A DNA stretch of 64,000 nt from a virus (IMGVR_UViG_2657245709_000001:1-64000); one strand, 5' to 3'; shown: positions 18,020-28,428, counted from the first letter of the stretch. Notes: generated from the sequence alone by a model not told the origin. Numbers and translations: made by a program.

Positions 18020-19261
18020 TCAGTAGGTGCCGGGGGCCACGTTGCAGGTGACGGAGATCTTGCAGGGGCTGTAGGAGCCGCTGCCGCCCGCGTTCGTCGT
18101 GTTCAGCACCGCCTTGAAGCTGTTGCTGTACTCGACGGCGGTCTTCGACCCGTCCGGCTCGGCCTCGACGAAAGCGACCTTCGCGAAGTCGAAGACGATG
18201 GCGCCCGCGTTGAGGCCGGCCAGGCCGTTGTTGATGGCCAGTTGGAGCTGGGGCTGCGAGTTGTTCAGCATGTACAGCAGCGGGCTCTCGTCGGCGGCCA
18301 CGAAGTTGAGCTTGCCCTCGACGGTCAGGCCGGCGCGCTGGATCACGTACGGGACCTGCGAGCCGTTCCCCGTGAAGTACGGGTTGATCTCCCTCTTCAG
18401 GGAGATCTCGCCGTCGGTGACCGTGGAGATGAGCGTGCCGCCGGTGGCCGGGCCGCCGATCCCGACGGACATCCGCCACGAGGCGATCGGTGCGACCGTG
18501 CCGGGGTTCGAGGTCGGCGCGGAGCCGAGGACCACGGACGGCCACGAGGTGGCCTTCCCGTCCCACGTGAACAGCTCGCTCTCCGAGTTCCACTTGAAGC
18601 CCATCTCGGAGAACACCGCGCCGGGGTACTGGCGGGCGCCGCTTGTCGCGGTTGGGCCGAGCATGTGGGTCAGGGTGTGCGTGATCGGCTGCCCCGTGCC
18701 GGAGTTGAGGAGCGCCCACGCGTAGGTGTACGGGCCGGTGACGGGCTGCACTGCCTGGCTTGAGGCATGCGGGTAGACGAGACCGCCCGTGGGCGTGGTG
18801 AGCGGGATCGTGTACGGGCCGGACCCTGACGGGGTGCCGGTGGTGAAAACTTCCGCCGTGGCACCGGACCCGATCTGCACGACCGTCCCGGACGGGATCG
18901 TCGCCGTGGTGGAGATCGACGCGGCGCCCGCGACGGCGGACGCCGCCAGGGTGGTGGCGCCGGAGCCGGTGGACGTGCCCGTCGTGGACAGGTCGCCCAT
19001 CAGGTTGCGCAGGAAGTAGCTGATCCCGTCCAGGAAGACCGGGCCGCCGAGGTCGAGGTCGGCGGTCGCCACGCCGGGGATCTGCGCGAAGGAGTCGGTG
19101 CCCATCGCGCCCCTCCACGCCTTGTCCTCGAGGAACTTCGGCTGGTCCTTGGGCTTGAAGTTGTCGACGAGGACCGTGGAGGTCATGGGCACCGGCGTGC
19201 CGGCCGTCGTCTCGTTGGCGATGCCGACGAACTGCTTCGCGGGTGCGTACGTGGTGGGCAT
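18020..19261 (-). CDS. Major tail tube protein (413 aa)
   Basis: FVGIANETTAGTPV N-terminus, Thr/Gly-rich beta composition, and position before the chaperones. Confidence 0.85.
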   Translation of the reverse strand: MPTTYAPAKQFVGIANETTAGTPVPMTSTVLVDNFKPKDQPKFLEDKAWRGAMGTDSFAQIPGVATADLDLGGPVFLDGISYFLRNLMGDLSTTGTSTGSGATTLAASAVAGAASISTTATIPSGTVVQIGSGATAEVFTTGTPSGSGPYTIPLTTPTGGLVYPHASSQAVQPVTGPYTYAWALLNSGTGQPITHTLTHMLGPTATSGARQYPGAVFSEMGFKWNSESELFTWDGKATSWPSVVLGSAPTSNPGTVAPIASWRMSVGIGGPATGGTLISTVTDGEISLKREINPYFTGNGSQVPYVIQRAGLTVEGKLNFVAADESPLLYMLNNSQPQLQLAINNGLAGLNAGAIVFDFAKVAFVEAEPDGSKTAVEYSNSFKAVLNTTNAGGSGSYSPCKISVTCNVAPGTY

Positions 19262-19264
19262 CGG

Positions 19265-19636
19265 CTACTCCTTGCTGCTCAGGAGGCCGCCGGCGTTGTC
19301 CGCGGCCTGGTTGGGCTTCTTGCGGGTCTTCGCCCACCGGCCGTCTGCAGGCGGCCCGTCGGGCCAGTCGAAGACCGTGGCGGCCTGCTCGGGGATCTCC
19401 GGGCTGGTGTCGGTGGCGGGTACGAGCGGCTGGTGGGCGTAGCAGGTGAGGGGGACGTGCGGGTACACGCAGCCGATGCCGTGCACGTACTCGTAGACGC
19501 CCGGCGTCAGCTCGGGGCCCTCGTCCTGCCCGGCGCCCTGGCCGTCCGTCTCGGTCCCGGGCGCAGATTTGCTCTCCTCGGTAGCCGGCTCGTCGGGGGC
19601 TTCGTCGGTGGACGTGCGCGTGCTGGTCTTGGCCAT
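19265..19636 (-). CDS. Small acidic virion-region protein (123 aa)
   Basis: GGAGG RBS; lies in the structural operon. Confidence 0.7.
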   Translation of the reverse strand: MAKTSTRTSTDEAPDEPATEESKSAPGTETDGQGAGQDEGPELTPGVYEYVHGIGCVYPHVPLTCYAHQPLVPATDTSPEIPEQAATVFDWPDGPPADGRWAKTRKKPNQAADNAGGLLSSKE

Positions 19637-19683
19637 GCGGGCCTCCTGGTCGTGGAAAAGGTGGGCCCGCGCGGGGGCCTGGG

Positions 19684-20217
19684 TCAGGCTTCGATGTACT
19701 CGACGGCCGCGAAGCGCACCTCGAAGTAGCCCTTGGTGAGTCCGGCCTTGGTGGCGGGTTGCGAGTACTCGACGTCGATGCCGTCACCGCCGGCCTCGGT
19801 GACGTGCTCACCGGCCTGGAAGACACAGCCGCCGAGGGTGCGGTCCCGCCGCATGTAGGCCACGAGCGCGTCCCGCAGCGCGTACGCGTCGTCTTGGGCT
19901 TCCTCCGCGTACGGGGTGTTGCTGCGCAGGAACGCGTGCAGGAGCACGTCGTAGACGATCAGCTTCATCCCGCTGTGTTCGCCGCCGAGTGCGACCCGGC
20001 GCTCGTGCTGGCGCGGGATGGTGACGAGGAGGACGCAGCCGGTGCGGGCGCCTGCCGGGAGCCCGTTGACGTAGTCGGCGATCTTGTCGTCCGTGGGGAT
20101 GCCGCGCCGCACGACGCCGATGCCGGGGACGGGCGAGCTTCGGTAGGTGCGGGTGACCGGGTCGTACTCTCCGCCGAAGTAGCTGGCGATGCCGTCGAGA
20201 ACGCTGGTGATCGACAT
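19684..20217 (-). CDS. Tail terminator-like protein (177 aa)
   Basis: Position, plus the RRDRTLGG motif. Confidence 0.7.
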   Translation of the reverse strand: MSITSVLDGIASYFGGEYDPVTRTYRSSPVPGIGVVRRGIPTDDKIADYVNGLPAGARTGCVLLVTIPRQHERRVALGGEHSGMKLIVYDVLLHAFLRSNTPYAEEAQDDAYALRDALVAYMRRDRTLGGCVFQAGEHVTEAGGDGIDVEYSQPATKAGLTKGYFEVRFAAVEYIEA

Positions 20218-20220
20218 CGT

Positions 20221-21108
20221 TCACCTGACCCGGGCGTAGTTGGCCAGGGTCCGGCGGGCCTCCTTGAGCAGGCCCATGCCGGTGGGGCGCGAGTCCTCCG
20301 TGCGGGTCGACGAGCTGGCGTTGTCCGGGTACTCGTCCTCGTCTTTGGTGCCCGGGCGCATCAACTGGCTCATCGTGTGCAGGACGACCGCCCGGCGCAG
20401 GTCCGCCGGCACGCCGGAGAAGTCGTGGTCTTCGGCGTGCGCGTTCCGAAGGGGCTGAAGGAGCGACACGACGGTGGTGTCGGGCAGGGTGCTGGGGGCG
20501 GGCGGGATCCAGGCCGGGTCGACGGTGACGGTCTCCTCGAGACCCGGGTCCCAGATCCGGTAGCGGCCGCCGGGCATGATCCCGGTCGGGTCGGCGACGG
20601 ACAGGGTCGTGTCCCCCGCCTCCGCGCTGTCGGCGAGGACCGTGGCGGTGTGCCCGGCGACGTAGACGGCCTGGGTGAAGAGGTCGCCGCCCACGCCCGG
20701 GCTGCCGAACTGGAGGCTGCCGGACCAGGCCACGGTGCCGGCTGTGGCGAGCGAGACGACGATGTTCGTGTCCTGCTCCACCCACACGGTCGGGGTGGTG
20801 AGGACGGTCAGGGCGGTCGGCGCGTACCCGTAGCCGAAGCTGACGACCTGGAGGACGGGCCCGTGGTCGGCATGCAGCTTGAGGAGTTGGTCGGAGCCGA
20901 CGAAGATCCGCTCGGTCTGCGTGTGCAGGTGGGCGCCGAGGGGCTGGTCGAGTTCGCTGTCGGCCCAGTCGGATGCGGCGAGGAGCAGGTTGGTGAGCTC
21001 GGCGGTCTGCGCGTCCGGATTGGTGCTGTCGACGTTGAGGCCCTGGGTGTCCAGGTAGGTCGGGTGGGCGCGGAATGCGGCGGCGGACACGTAGGGGACG
21101 GCGGGCAC
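20221..21108 (-). CDS. Head-to-tail adaptor (295 aa)
   Basis: PYVS...LLLAASDWAD...VPADLRRAV...LANYAR pattern. Confidence 0.75.
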   Translation of the reverse strand: MPAVPYVSAAAFRAHPTYLDTQGLNVDSTNPDAQTAELTNLLLAASDWADSELDQPLGAHLHTQTERIFVGSDQLLKLHADHGPVLQVVSFGYGYAPTALTVLTTPTVWVEQDTNIVVSLATAGTVAWSGSLQFGSPGVGGDLFTQAVYVAGHTATVLADSAEAGDTTLSVADPTGIMPGGRYRIWDPGLEETVTVDPAWIPPAPSTLPDTTVVSLLQPLRNAHAEDHDFSGVPADLRRAVVLHTMSQLMRPGTKDEDEYPDNASSSTRTEDSRPTGMGLLKEARRTLANYARVR

Positions 21109-21137
21109 GTCACCTCCAGGGGGGCGGGGGCGGGCGG

Positions 21138-21509
21138 TCAGTCGGTTGCCGGTCCAGCGGCAGTCCGGGTCCAGGAGCCGTGCTCACAGCCGACTGCGGT
21201 GGTTCCGGGCCCGGTCGGCCAGCCGCCGGGGAAGCAGGTCGTGCACGGGGCGGGGGCGTCGGCCGCCCTCGGGGTGCTGCTGCTCTCGTCCCGGGGGTCT
21301 CCGACGGCAGGGACGTCGCTGTCGCCCGGCCCCGGCAGGGTGTCGGCGCCCGCCACCGGGCCGTCGCCGCTGTCCGGGGTTACGCCGGTGCTGGGGGCGC
21401 CGTCGTCCGGCGCGGACTCCTGGCTGCTGGTGGTGTCGGCTGCCGGGCCCTGGGTGTCGTCCGGGTTCGCGGTGCTGGTCTTCGGCGTCGTGGTCTTACG
21501 CGCAGCCAT
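21138..21509 (-). CDS. Low-complexity protein with C-terminal Cys/His motif (123 aa)
   Basis: ATG at 21509 with GAAAGGG RBS. CTTCFP...CEHGSW at the C-terminus. Confidence 0.65.
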   Translation of the reverse strand: MAARKTTTPKTSTANPDDTQGPAADTTSSQESAPDDGAPSTGVTPDSGDGPVAGADTLPGPGDSDVPAVGDPRDESSSTPRAADAPAPCTTCFPGGWPTGPGTTAVGCEHGSWTRTAAGPATD

Positions 21510-21529
21510 GATTGCCCTTTCAGTTCTGG

Positions 21530-21802
21530 TCAGTTGTCGCGGCGGCAGGTGCCGCCGCAGCGGGAGCAGGTCGTGAAGAAGGCGCCGAACCCACAGTCGG
21601 AGCAGCGGTATCCGCCACGGGTGTGACCCCCGAGAGCGGAAGGGAACGCGCCGTACTCGCGCAGGGCGCGTTCGTGCTGGGGGTTGTCGACGGTGACGGT
21701 GCCGTCGCGGCCGGCGGTGTAGGAGGTGACGGTGCCGGTCTGAGCGCCCTGGATGTCGATGCCGCGGACGGCGCCGTCGGGCAGGCAGAGCTTGGGGGCC
21801 AT
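21530..21802 (-). CDS. Small zinc-ribbon protein (90 aa)
   Basis: ATG at 21802 with GGAG RBS. CSDCG...CSRCG motif. Confidence 0.7.
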   Translation of the reverse strand: MAPKLCLPDGAVRGIDIQGAQTGTVTSYTAGRDGTVTVDNPQHERALREYGAFPSALGGHTRGGYRCSDCGFGAFFTTCSRCGGTCRRDN

Positions 21803-21830
21803 GAGGAACTCCGGGTGAGGGTGGGGAGCA

Positions 21831-21867
21831 GCGCCGGGGCCGCTCAGCGGCCGTAGGGCCCCGGCGC
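21831..21867 (-). terminator. Hairpin downstream of the major capsid gene
   Basis: 11-bp stem GCGCCGGGGCC / GGCCCCGGCGC. Confidence 0.5.
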
Positions 21868-21879
21868 ACGCGGGGCTGG

Positions 21880-23598
21880 TCAGGCCCGCTTGATGCCGGT
21901 GATCGCGCCGTTCCAGGCGGGGGCGTAGCAGACGAGGGTGCCCATCCAGTACGAGCTGGACTCGAAGGCGAACTGGGTGACGGGCCAGTCGACGCCCATC
22001 ATGTCCTGGACGTTGTAGACCGCCCAGACGTCGCTGACCTCGGAGTCCGGGAGCGGGAGGGTGTCGGAGATGATCGGGGCGTTGCCCTGCGGGAGCCAGG
22101 GGTGGACTTCGACGTTGACGCCCTTGCCGGTGACCTCGTTGATGATCGTGTTGACGACGTCGCCGAGGGTGACCCCGGTGAGCTGGTCCTGGGTGATCGT
22201 CATCCGGTAGTTGCTGGACGTCGACGTCTTCAGCGAGTCGCTGAGCTGCTTGCGGTCGGAGCCGTTGAGCAGCGTGCGGTCGGGGTCGGCCTTCACGTTG
22301 TCGTACAGGGCCGCGAAGGCGTCCTGCCACTCCGAGCCCGGGTTCGATGTCGACAGGGCCGCGTTCAGACGCTTGACGTAGCCGGAGTCCGCGCCGGTGC
22401 AGATCGGCAGGATGCCGTCGTAGCCCGCGGTGTACGCCGTGGTGTCCCCGGTGACTGCCGAGGCCGCCGTGCCGGACGTCGGGAGTGCCCCCTGGAGGGT
22501 GAAGGTGTTCGTCCCCGTCCGGCCGGCGTACCAGCGGGCGGAGTCGCCGGGGTCCGAGGAGCCGGTGGACACGTACACCCGCATGCCGGTGGCGCCGGCG
22601 GGGAGGGTGACGGTGACGTCGACGACCTGGCTCGAGGGGGCGACGGTCGCCGCGCTGGAGAGCACGGACTGTCCGAAGTCGCCGGCGTCGGCGGTGACCT
22701 TGACGTAGATGTTCGTGCTGACGCCGGACAGCGCGGTCTCGCCGGTCGCCGCCGAGCGGGCGGTCAGGGTCACGTTCGAGGGCGCGGCCAGGGCCCCGAG
22801 GAAGCCTCGCCCGCTGGTGCCGCGGCCCAGGAGCAGCATCCGCTCCTCCAGCAGCATGCTCGAGTAGAGCAGGCTGGTGCGGGAGAGCTGCCGGATGTCC
22901 TGGTAGCCCTGGCCTGCGTACTGCGCGGACCAGGTGACCGCGTCCGACACGGAGAACTGGCTGTAGGGGACGGTCTTGTCGTAGCCCGCGTACGTGATCT
23001 TCGGGCCGCGCGCGTAGTACAGCGAGTTCGCCGCCCCGGACGGGGCGAAGTTCGTCTGCGTCGTGTCCTGGATACCGGGGTGGATGTTGGCGACGCCGCC
23101 GGTCGCCGTACCCGTGAACCCGGAGATGACCTTGAACTGGTGGGCCAGGCCGATGCCCTTGCGGCGCGGCAGCCGGTTGCGGATCGGGGTCGGCCGCGGT
23201 GTGAGCATCTTCGCCGGGGCCTCGAGGTCGTACGCGACCAGGCCGCTGGAGAGCGGGGACGTGGTGGTGATGTCCTTCATCAGGTCCGGCTGGTCCGCCT
23301 TCAGGGCGTCCAGGGCGGACGTGACGGACGCCAGGGCGTCCGGGGAGAGAGCCTTGGCCATCTCCGGCGAGATGGCCTTCGACAGGGCGTCGAAGGCCGT
23401 CGCCGGGCCGCTGGTGTCGAAGGAGATGCCGCGGCCTTCACCGAACGACTGGGCGATGACTGCCTGGTCCACCACGCGGGTGGGCGCCTGGTCGAGAGCC
23501 GACATCAGCTCGTCGAACCGGCGGGAAACTTCGGCCTTGGTCAGTGCCGGCGCCTCCGGGGAGTCCCCGAACAGCACCTGCGCCTTGGGCAGAGCCAT
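21880..23598 (-). CDS. Major capsid protein with an inserted Ig/FN3-like domain (572 aa)
   Basis: Follows the protease/scaffold gene. AYDLEAPAKML...PIRNRLPR N-terminal region, VHPWLPQG and APAWNGAITGI C-terminus, strong codon bias. Confidence 0.85.
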   Translation of the reverse strand: MALPKAQVLFGDSPEAPALTKAEVSRRFDELMSALDQAPTRVVDQAVIAQSFGEGRGISFDTSGPATAFDALSKAISPEMAKALSPDALASVTSALDALKADQPDLMKDITTTSPLSSGLVAYDLEAPAKMLTPRPTPIRNRLPRRKGIGLAHQFKVISGFTGTATGGVANIHPGIQDTTQTNFAPSGAANSLYYARGPKITYAGYDKTVPYSQFSVSDAVTWSAQYAGQGYQDIRQLSRTSLLYSSMLLEERMLLLGRGTSGRGFLGALAAPSNVTLTARSAATGETALSGVSTNIYVKVTADAGDFGQSVLSSAATVAPSSQVVDVTVTLPAGATGMRVYVSTGSSDPGDSARWYAGRTGTNTFTLQGALPTSGTAASAVTGDTTAYTAGYDGILPICTGADSGYVKRLNAALSTSNPGSEWQDAFAALYDNVKADPDRTLLNGSDRKQLSDSLKTSTSSNYRMTITQDQLTGVTLGDVVNTIINEVTGKGVNVEVHPWLPQGNAPIISDTLPLPDSEVSDVWAVYNVQDMMGVDWPVTQFAFESSSYWMGTLVCYAPAWNGAITGIKRA

Positions 23599-23668
23599 AG
23601 CCCTGCTCCTTCCATGGGAAAGGCCCCACGCTGGGGGCCGGTTGAACGTGAGGGGGGTGCCGCAGGGG

Positions 23669-25417
23669 TCAGGCGTCGGCCTTGACGAGCAGCTCGCGGC
23701 GGCGCTCGAGGTAGCCCTCGCGCAGATCGCGGTCCTGGCACGCGTCTGCCTTGGCGAGGAGCGCGGCGGCGTCGGCGCGCATCTGGTCGGAGTCCGACTT
23801 GCGGGCCGCGGACGTCTCGGCCGCGGTCCGGGTCAGGGCCGGACCGCCGGGGACCGGCTGCGCCTGGAGCGCCTCGATCGTCTGCGTCGCCTTCGTCAGC
23901 TCGCCCGTGAGCGCCTGGATGCGCTCCTCCTGGGCGGTGCCGGCCTCTGCGAGCGCGGACGTCACGAGCTCGGCCACGTCGGCCTTCGTGAGGGGTGCCT
24001 CTGCCGTCGCAGACGCGGTCTTCTCCGGGGAGGCGCCGGCCTCGGGGGCCTCTTCCTTCTTCCCGGTGTCGGGCGCGTCGGCCTTGGCGGTGTCGGCCAG
24101 GGCCATCTGGTCGGCAGCGTCCTGCTCCCGCTTGAACCACTTCAGGGAGCGGACGGCATCGAGGAGGAGGCCGATGCTGATGGCCTTGCGGAGGTCGCCA
24201 CCGGCGAGGCACTCGGCCTCGGCGATGATCAGCTTGGCGATGCAGGCGACGGCGGCGTCCGCCCCGTTGATCTCCGCCTCGCCCTCCTCCTCACCGTCAT
24301 CGCCGTCGGCCTTGGTGAGCGCCGGCACCAGCGCGCGAAGGTCCCGGAGGATGCTCTCCGCCTGCTCCACGACCGCCGGCTGCTCACCGGCAGCACCGGT
24401 CTCCGAGGTGTCGGCCTTCTCGCTCTCCTTGAGCGAGCCGTTGCCGTTCCAGTTCTCGGGCACCATGCCCTCCAATCCGAGGGCTCGCGCCCGCTTGATG
24501 ATGTGCTTACGGATGGCGTCGTGGTCCGAGCCGCTCCGGCCGACCGCCTTGATCGCCTTGCGCAGCTCAGCCTTGCTGCGGATCGGGTACGAGCCGTCAT
24601 CCATCGCCGCACCCGTCTGCGCCGCCCGGCGACGGGCGGCCGCGGAGAGGTCGGCCTTCCCCAGCTCGGACAGCCGCCGCTCGACCCGGGCGTCGACCAA
24701 GCCCTGCACCATCTCCTCGGTCACCGGCTGGCCCGCGACCTTGAGGAGGAAGGACGGCGCAGCGATCGCCACACCGGCCTCGTCGGCCTTGACGGTCTCG
24801 GTGGTCACCGAAGCACCGGCGGCGGCGAGGCTGTTGAGCGCGGCCTGCACCGGGGCGGGGAGCTGCGCGTACAGCTCGTCGGCGATCCCGAACGAGGCGG
24901 CGTCCGACTTCTCGACGACCGTCCCCTCCACGGCCTCCAGCTCGCCGGCGCCGTCCGCCTTCGCGATCTCGAAGAGCGTGGTCGGGTTGCAGGGCCGGTC
25001 GACGATCGAGACCTCGACGATGTCCCCGCCCACGACCTCGCCGCCCGGGGCGTCCGCCTTGCCCAGGCGGACCTTCGGCCCCTTGATCCCGACCGAGTAG
25101 CCCTTGAGGACCTTGTGCTTGACCTTCAGACAGGCAACGGGGTCGACGATGTGCGAGGCGAGCATGTGCCCGCTGTCACCGTCCCCTTTCACGAGGCCCA
25201 CTCCCACCCCGACGGCCCGCTTCGCGTCGTGCTGTTCGCGCACGTTCGCGCCCTCGGCGAACCACGCGGGCATGGCGGTGTCCAGCCACGCCGAGTTGAG
25301 GCGCTGCCGGTCCCGGTCCAGGTGGGAGGACGCGGCGGGCCCGTAGACCATGTACGTGCCGTCGTCCTGCTCCTCGGCCTTGGTGATCGGCGTCCACGCG
25401 TACGCAATGTCGTCCAC
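23669..25417 (-). CDS. Prohead protease-scaffold fusion (582 aa)
   Basis: HK97-type protease motifs DRDRQ, NVREQH, GYSVG and EVSIVDRPCNP, with an acidic coiled-coil C-terminus. Confidence 0.88.
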   Translation of the reverse strand: MDDIAYAWTPITKAEEQDDGTYMVYGPAASSHLDRDRQRLNSAWLDTAMPAWFAEGANVREQHDAKRAVGVGVGLVKGDGDSGHMLASHIVDPVACLKVKHKVLKGYSVGIKGPKVRLGKADAPGGEVVGGDIVEVSIVDRPCNPTTLFEIAKADGAGELEAVEGTVVEKSDAASFGIADELYAQLPAPVQAALNSLAAAGASVTTETVKADEAGVAIAAPSFLLKVAGQPVTEEMVQGLVDARVERRLSELGKADLSAAARRRAAQTGAAMDDGSYPIRSKAELRKAIKAVGRSGSDHDAIRKHIIKRARALGLEGMVPENWNGNGSLKESEKADTSETGAAGEQPAVVEQAESILRDLRALVPALTKADGDDGEEEGEAEINGADAAVACIAKLIIAEAECLAGGDLRKAISIGLLLDAVRSLKWFKREQDAADQMALADTAKADAPDTGKKEEAPEAGASPEKTASATAEAPLTKADVAELVTSALAEAGTAQEERIQALTGELTKATQTIEALQAQPVPGGPALTRTAAETSAARKSDSDQMRADAAALLAKADACQDRDLREGYLERRRELLVKADA

Positions 25418-25458
25418 CTGCTGCTCCTTTCAGTACCGCAGCGGACCGCGGAGGTTGG

Positions 25459-28161
25459 TCAGCCGAGGCCCTCCGGCATGAGGACGCAGCGGCAGGAGGG
25501 ATGCCCCGGCGGGATGCCGTGCCCGCTGGGGAACTGCTGGCTGAGCGGGATCGCGCCCGCCGCCTCGTTGTTCATGCACACCGGGCAGACCCGCTCGTCG
25601 ACCGCGGTGAACCACGACTTCTGCCGGACCCCGTTGGCCCGGTAGGTGTTGAGGCTCGCAGCGGACACGGCGCGCGCGATCTCGGTGACGGCGACGCGCT
25701 CGGCCCAGGCCGGGTCACGCAGCAGGTGCTGGATGGCCAGGGCCGTCGTGTCCGCGGAGTCGCCGCGGGCGAGGGCGTCGGAGAGCACCTTGGCGAGCCG
25801 GTTCATGCGGTTCGCGGCGACGCCCCGGATGACGATGCCGGACTCGTCCAGGAGCGCCTGCAGCCCGTTGAGGGGCCCGCCGGGGCGCAGGAGGCGGGCG
25901 GCGTCCGGGTCGCCGGGACTCCACTTCGACCAGTCGACGGTGCTGTGTCCGGCGAGGACGGCGAGGGCGGAGCGCTCGCCGATGACGTAGCCGTCGGTCT
26001 GGATCTCCCGGACGATCAGCAGGGCCCGGATCAGGCTGATGTTCTGTGCGGCCAGCCAGCCGACCGCGTCGTGCCAGGGCGTTCCCGGCATGCCCGCGCC
26101 GCCGCCTGCGGGCTGTACTCCGCCGAGGTCGGGCTCATCGGCCTTGGCGGTGATGCCGCGCTGGGCGATCCACCGCTCGGCGAGCGCCCGGGCGTCGAGG
26201 GCGCCGCCCATGGCCTTGATGATGCGCGGCTTCCAGTAGGCAGCGGCGCGCCGGTCCGCCGACCAGCCAGGCCAGTCCCGGACACGGTCAGTATCCGGGG
26301 AAGACGGTGCTTTTGGGACGGCACCACCACCGTCCACGGGCTCGGGCTCGGGCTCGGCGAAGAGGACGATCTCGCCGTTCACGTCGGGGGCGTCCGCCTT
26401 CGTGACCACGGTGAAGCGGAACGGCCGGCTCGGCGCGGGGTTGCGGCGGGCCCACCGGCGGAACGCCGCGAGCTCGACCTTGACGGCCTGCGCCCGCTCC
26501 GGGTCGGCAGCGCCCTCCTCGTCGATGTCGGCGTCGTCTTCGTCCGGCTCGTCGGCCTCCGGGGCTTCGTCGGTGCCCTTGGCCGGCCCGATGACTGCGC
26601 CCGGTGCCGCCTGGTCGGCCGCGCCCTCGAGGAAAACGACTCCGCGGGTGGTGACGAGGACCGGCTTGTCGGCCTCCGGGAAGTCGTACCGGGGCTTCCC
26701 CGCACGGTCGCGGGCCTCGTTCAGGGTGAGGCGGCCGGACTTGTAGCGGGCGTCGTCGACGGCGTCGGCGGCGGCCTCGTCCTCCTCCTCCAGGCCGAGG
26801 AACGCAAACTCGAGGTCGCGGTGCATCCGGAGGTGGAGGCGCAGGATGTCGGTGACGGTGTCCTGGAGCCAGCGGACGGTCGGCAGGGTGCCCTTGCGGC
26901 GCTGTACGGACGCCTGCCCTTCGTGCCAGCCCGTGCTGCCGAGGCCGCCCTGCTCCGTGAAGCCGAGCTCGGCGATGGTGGTGTCGAAGTGGGCCACCAT
27001 CAGCTTGATCAGGAACAGGTCGTACTCCGGCCGGTACCGCTCGGCGGCATCCGACTGCTGCCCCAGCTCCATGCCGGGCGGGAGGATCCGCAACCGGTGG
27101 CGCGCCCCGGTCGGCCCGTACGCGTCGTTGAGGAACGTCTCGTATTCCTTGAGCTGCGCCGGACTCCACCCCGAGGCGCCTGAGTTGGTGACGAGCGCGG
27201 ACGGGACGGTGCCGTCGGTGTACTCGGCCTTGATCCAGGAGCGGCGGCGCAGCCACACGTCCAGATCCTCGAGGCACTGCTCGACCGCGCTGTACCCGTA
27301 CGGGGTGTGGGCGCGGACGTTGCGGCGCCGGTAGACGAGGTGGTCGGAGCGGTAGCCGTTGAGGACGGCCCCGTCGGCGTCGGTGTCGGCGATGAACTCG
27401 CCGCGGGGAAAGCCCCACAGGAGCTGCTGGTAGGCGGGGTTCGGGGGCTGGGGACGTCCGCCGCGGTGGTCGCGCAGCGGCTTGATCGTGGAGCCGTCCA
27501 GCACCTCGAAGGCGTAGAGGTCGCCGCCGAAGGTGCGCCGCGGGTAGATCGCGATGGCGTCGAGGACGAAGTGCTCCTCGAGGAGCTTGGTGAGCCAGTC
27601 GGTGGTGGTCTCGCCCTGGCCCCGGTCGGGGCGCTCGAGGAAGTCCATGACCCGGGTGATCTCGGCGGAGTGCTGCTGGCGCAGGGCCTTGGCGACTTCG
27701 TGGTCCGGCTGCTCCGAGCCTTCCTGGGCGCGTTCGATGGCCTGCTCGGTGAGGCGCACCGTCCAGCCCAGGCTCGCGACTTCGTTCTTGCGGATCTCGA
27801 TGCAGCGGCGCGGCAGCCCGCCGGCGTCCGCAGCGTCTCGCAGCACCTTCCACGGCACCAGCCGGTCCGACATGCCCGGCAGGTTGGAGCTGACGGGGTA
27901 CTCGTTGAGGCGGGGCTCAGGACGGCCGCTGTCCGGGCGCGGCGGGTCAATCGCGGCCGGGTACAGCGGCACCCCGGGCCCGAACGCGACCGGCGGGTCG
28001 GTGCGCGGGAGCGGCGGGAAGACGCCGGTGGTCTGGCCGCCGAGCCGGTTGGCGGCCATGAGCGCGGCGACCTGCTCGGTGGAGAACGTCACCGCCGAGC
28101 TGCTGGCGGCCTTGTTGAGGTGTGCCGGCTGCCGGGAGCGTCCGCGCTGCTTCTTACCCAC
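25459..28161 (-). CDS. Portal protein fused to a Mu gpF-like head morphogenesis domain (about 900 aa)
   Basis: Portal motifs LDGSTIKP, YGYSAVE and TLNEAR. C-terminal TE...DERVCPVC...PPGHPSCRC. Start at GTG 28161 (or 28167). Confidence 0.9.
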   Translation of the reverse strand: MGKKQRGRSRQPAHLNKAASSSAVTFSTEQVAALMAANRLGGQTTGVFPPLPRTDPPVAFGPGVPLYPAAIDPPRPDSGRPEPRLNEYPVSSNLPGMSDRLVPWKVLRDAADAGGLPRRCIEIRKNEVASLGWTVRLTEQAIERAQEGSEQPDHEVAKALRQQHSAEITRVMDFLERPDRGQGETTTDWLTKLLEEHFVLDAIAIYPRRTFGGDLYAFEVLDGSTIKPLRDHRGGRPQPPNPAYQQLLWGFPRGEFIADTDADGAVLNGYRSDHLVYRRRNVRAHTPYGYSAVEQCLEDLDVWLRRRSWIKAEYTDGTVPSALVTNSGASGWSPAQLKEYETFLNDAYGPTGARHRLRILPPGMELGQQSDAAERYRPEYDLFLIKLMVAHFDTTIAELGFTEQGGLGSTGWHEGQASVQRRKGTLPTVRWLQDTVTDILRLHLRMHRDLEFAFLGLEEEDEAAADAVDDARYKSGRLTLNEARDRAGKPRYDFPEADKPVLVTTRGVVFLEGAADQAAPGAVIGPAKGTDEAPEADEPDEDDADIDEEGAADPERAQAVKVELAAFRRWARRNPAPSRPFRFTVVTKADAPDVNGEIVLFAEPEPEPVDGGGAVPKAPSSPDTDRVRDWPGWSADRRAAAYWKPRIIKAMGGALDARALAERWIAQRGITAKADEPDLGGVQPAGGGAGMPGTPWHDAVGWLAAQNISLIRALLIVREIQTDGYVIGERSALAVLAGHSTVDWSKWSPGDPDAARLLRPGGPLNGLQALLDESGIVIRGVAANRMNRLAKVLSDALARGDSADTTALAIQHLLRDPAWAERVAVTEIARAVSAASLNTYRANGVRQKSWFTAVDERVCPVCMNNEAAGAIPLSQQFPSGHGIPPGHPSCRCVLMPEGLG

Positions 28162-28194
28162 GAGCACCCCCTTCTGCGGTTGTCGGGACGGGGG

Positions 28195-28428
28195 TTACAG
28201 GCCGGCCGCGGTGTAGAGGCCGGTCGGGCACAAGGCTTCGTGCGTGATGCGCTCGAGGTCGGCCGCCGCGTGGGCGGCGGGTCCCTGGGCGAGCCACCGG
28301 CGTGTGCACAGCAGGTGGCCGGGGTGGGCGCGGCAGAGCAGGACCCGGATGAGGGCGTGGGCCCGGTGGCAGGGGCAGCGGGGTGCGAGGCCGGGCGGCG
28401 GGGGCCGCCAGGCGGGACGGACGCGCAT
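28195..28428 (-). CDS. Small Cys/His-rich protein (77 aa)
   Basis: GGAGG RBS; fills the gap between the terminase and portal genes. Confidence 0.5.
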   Translation of the reverse strand: MRVRPAWRPPPPGLAPRCPCHRAHALIRVLLCRAHPGHLLCTRRWLAQGPAAHAAADLERITHEALCPTGLYTAAGL

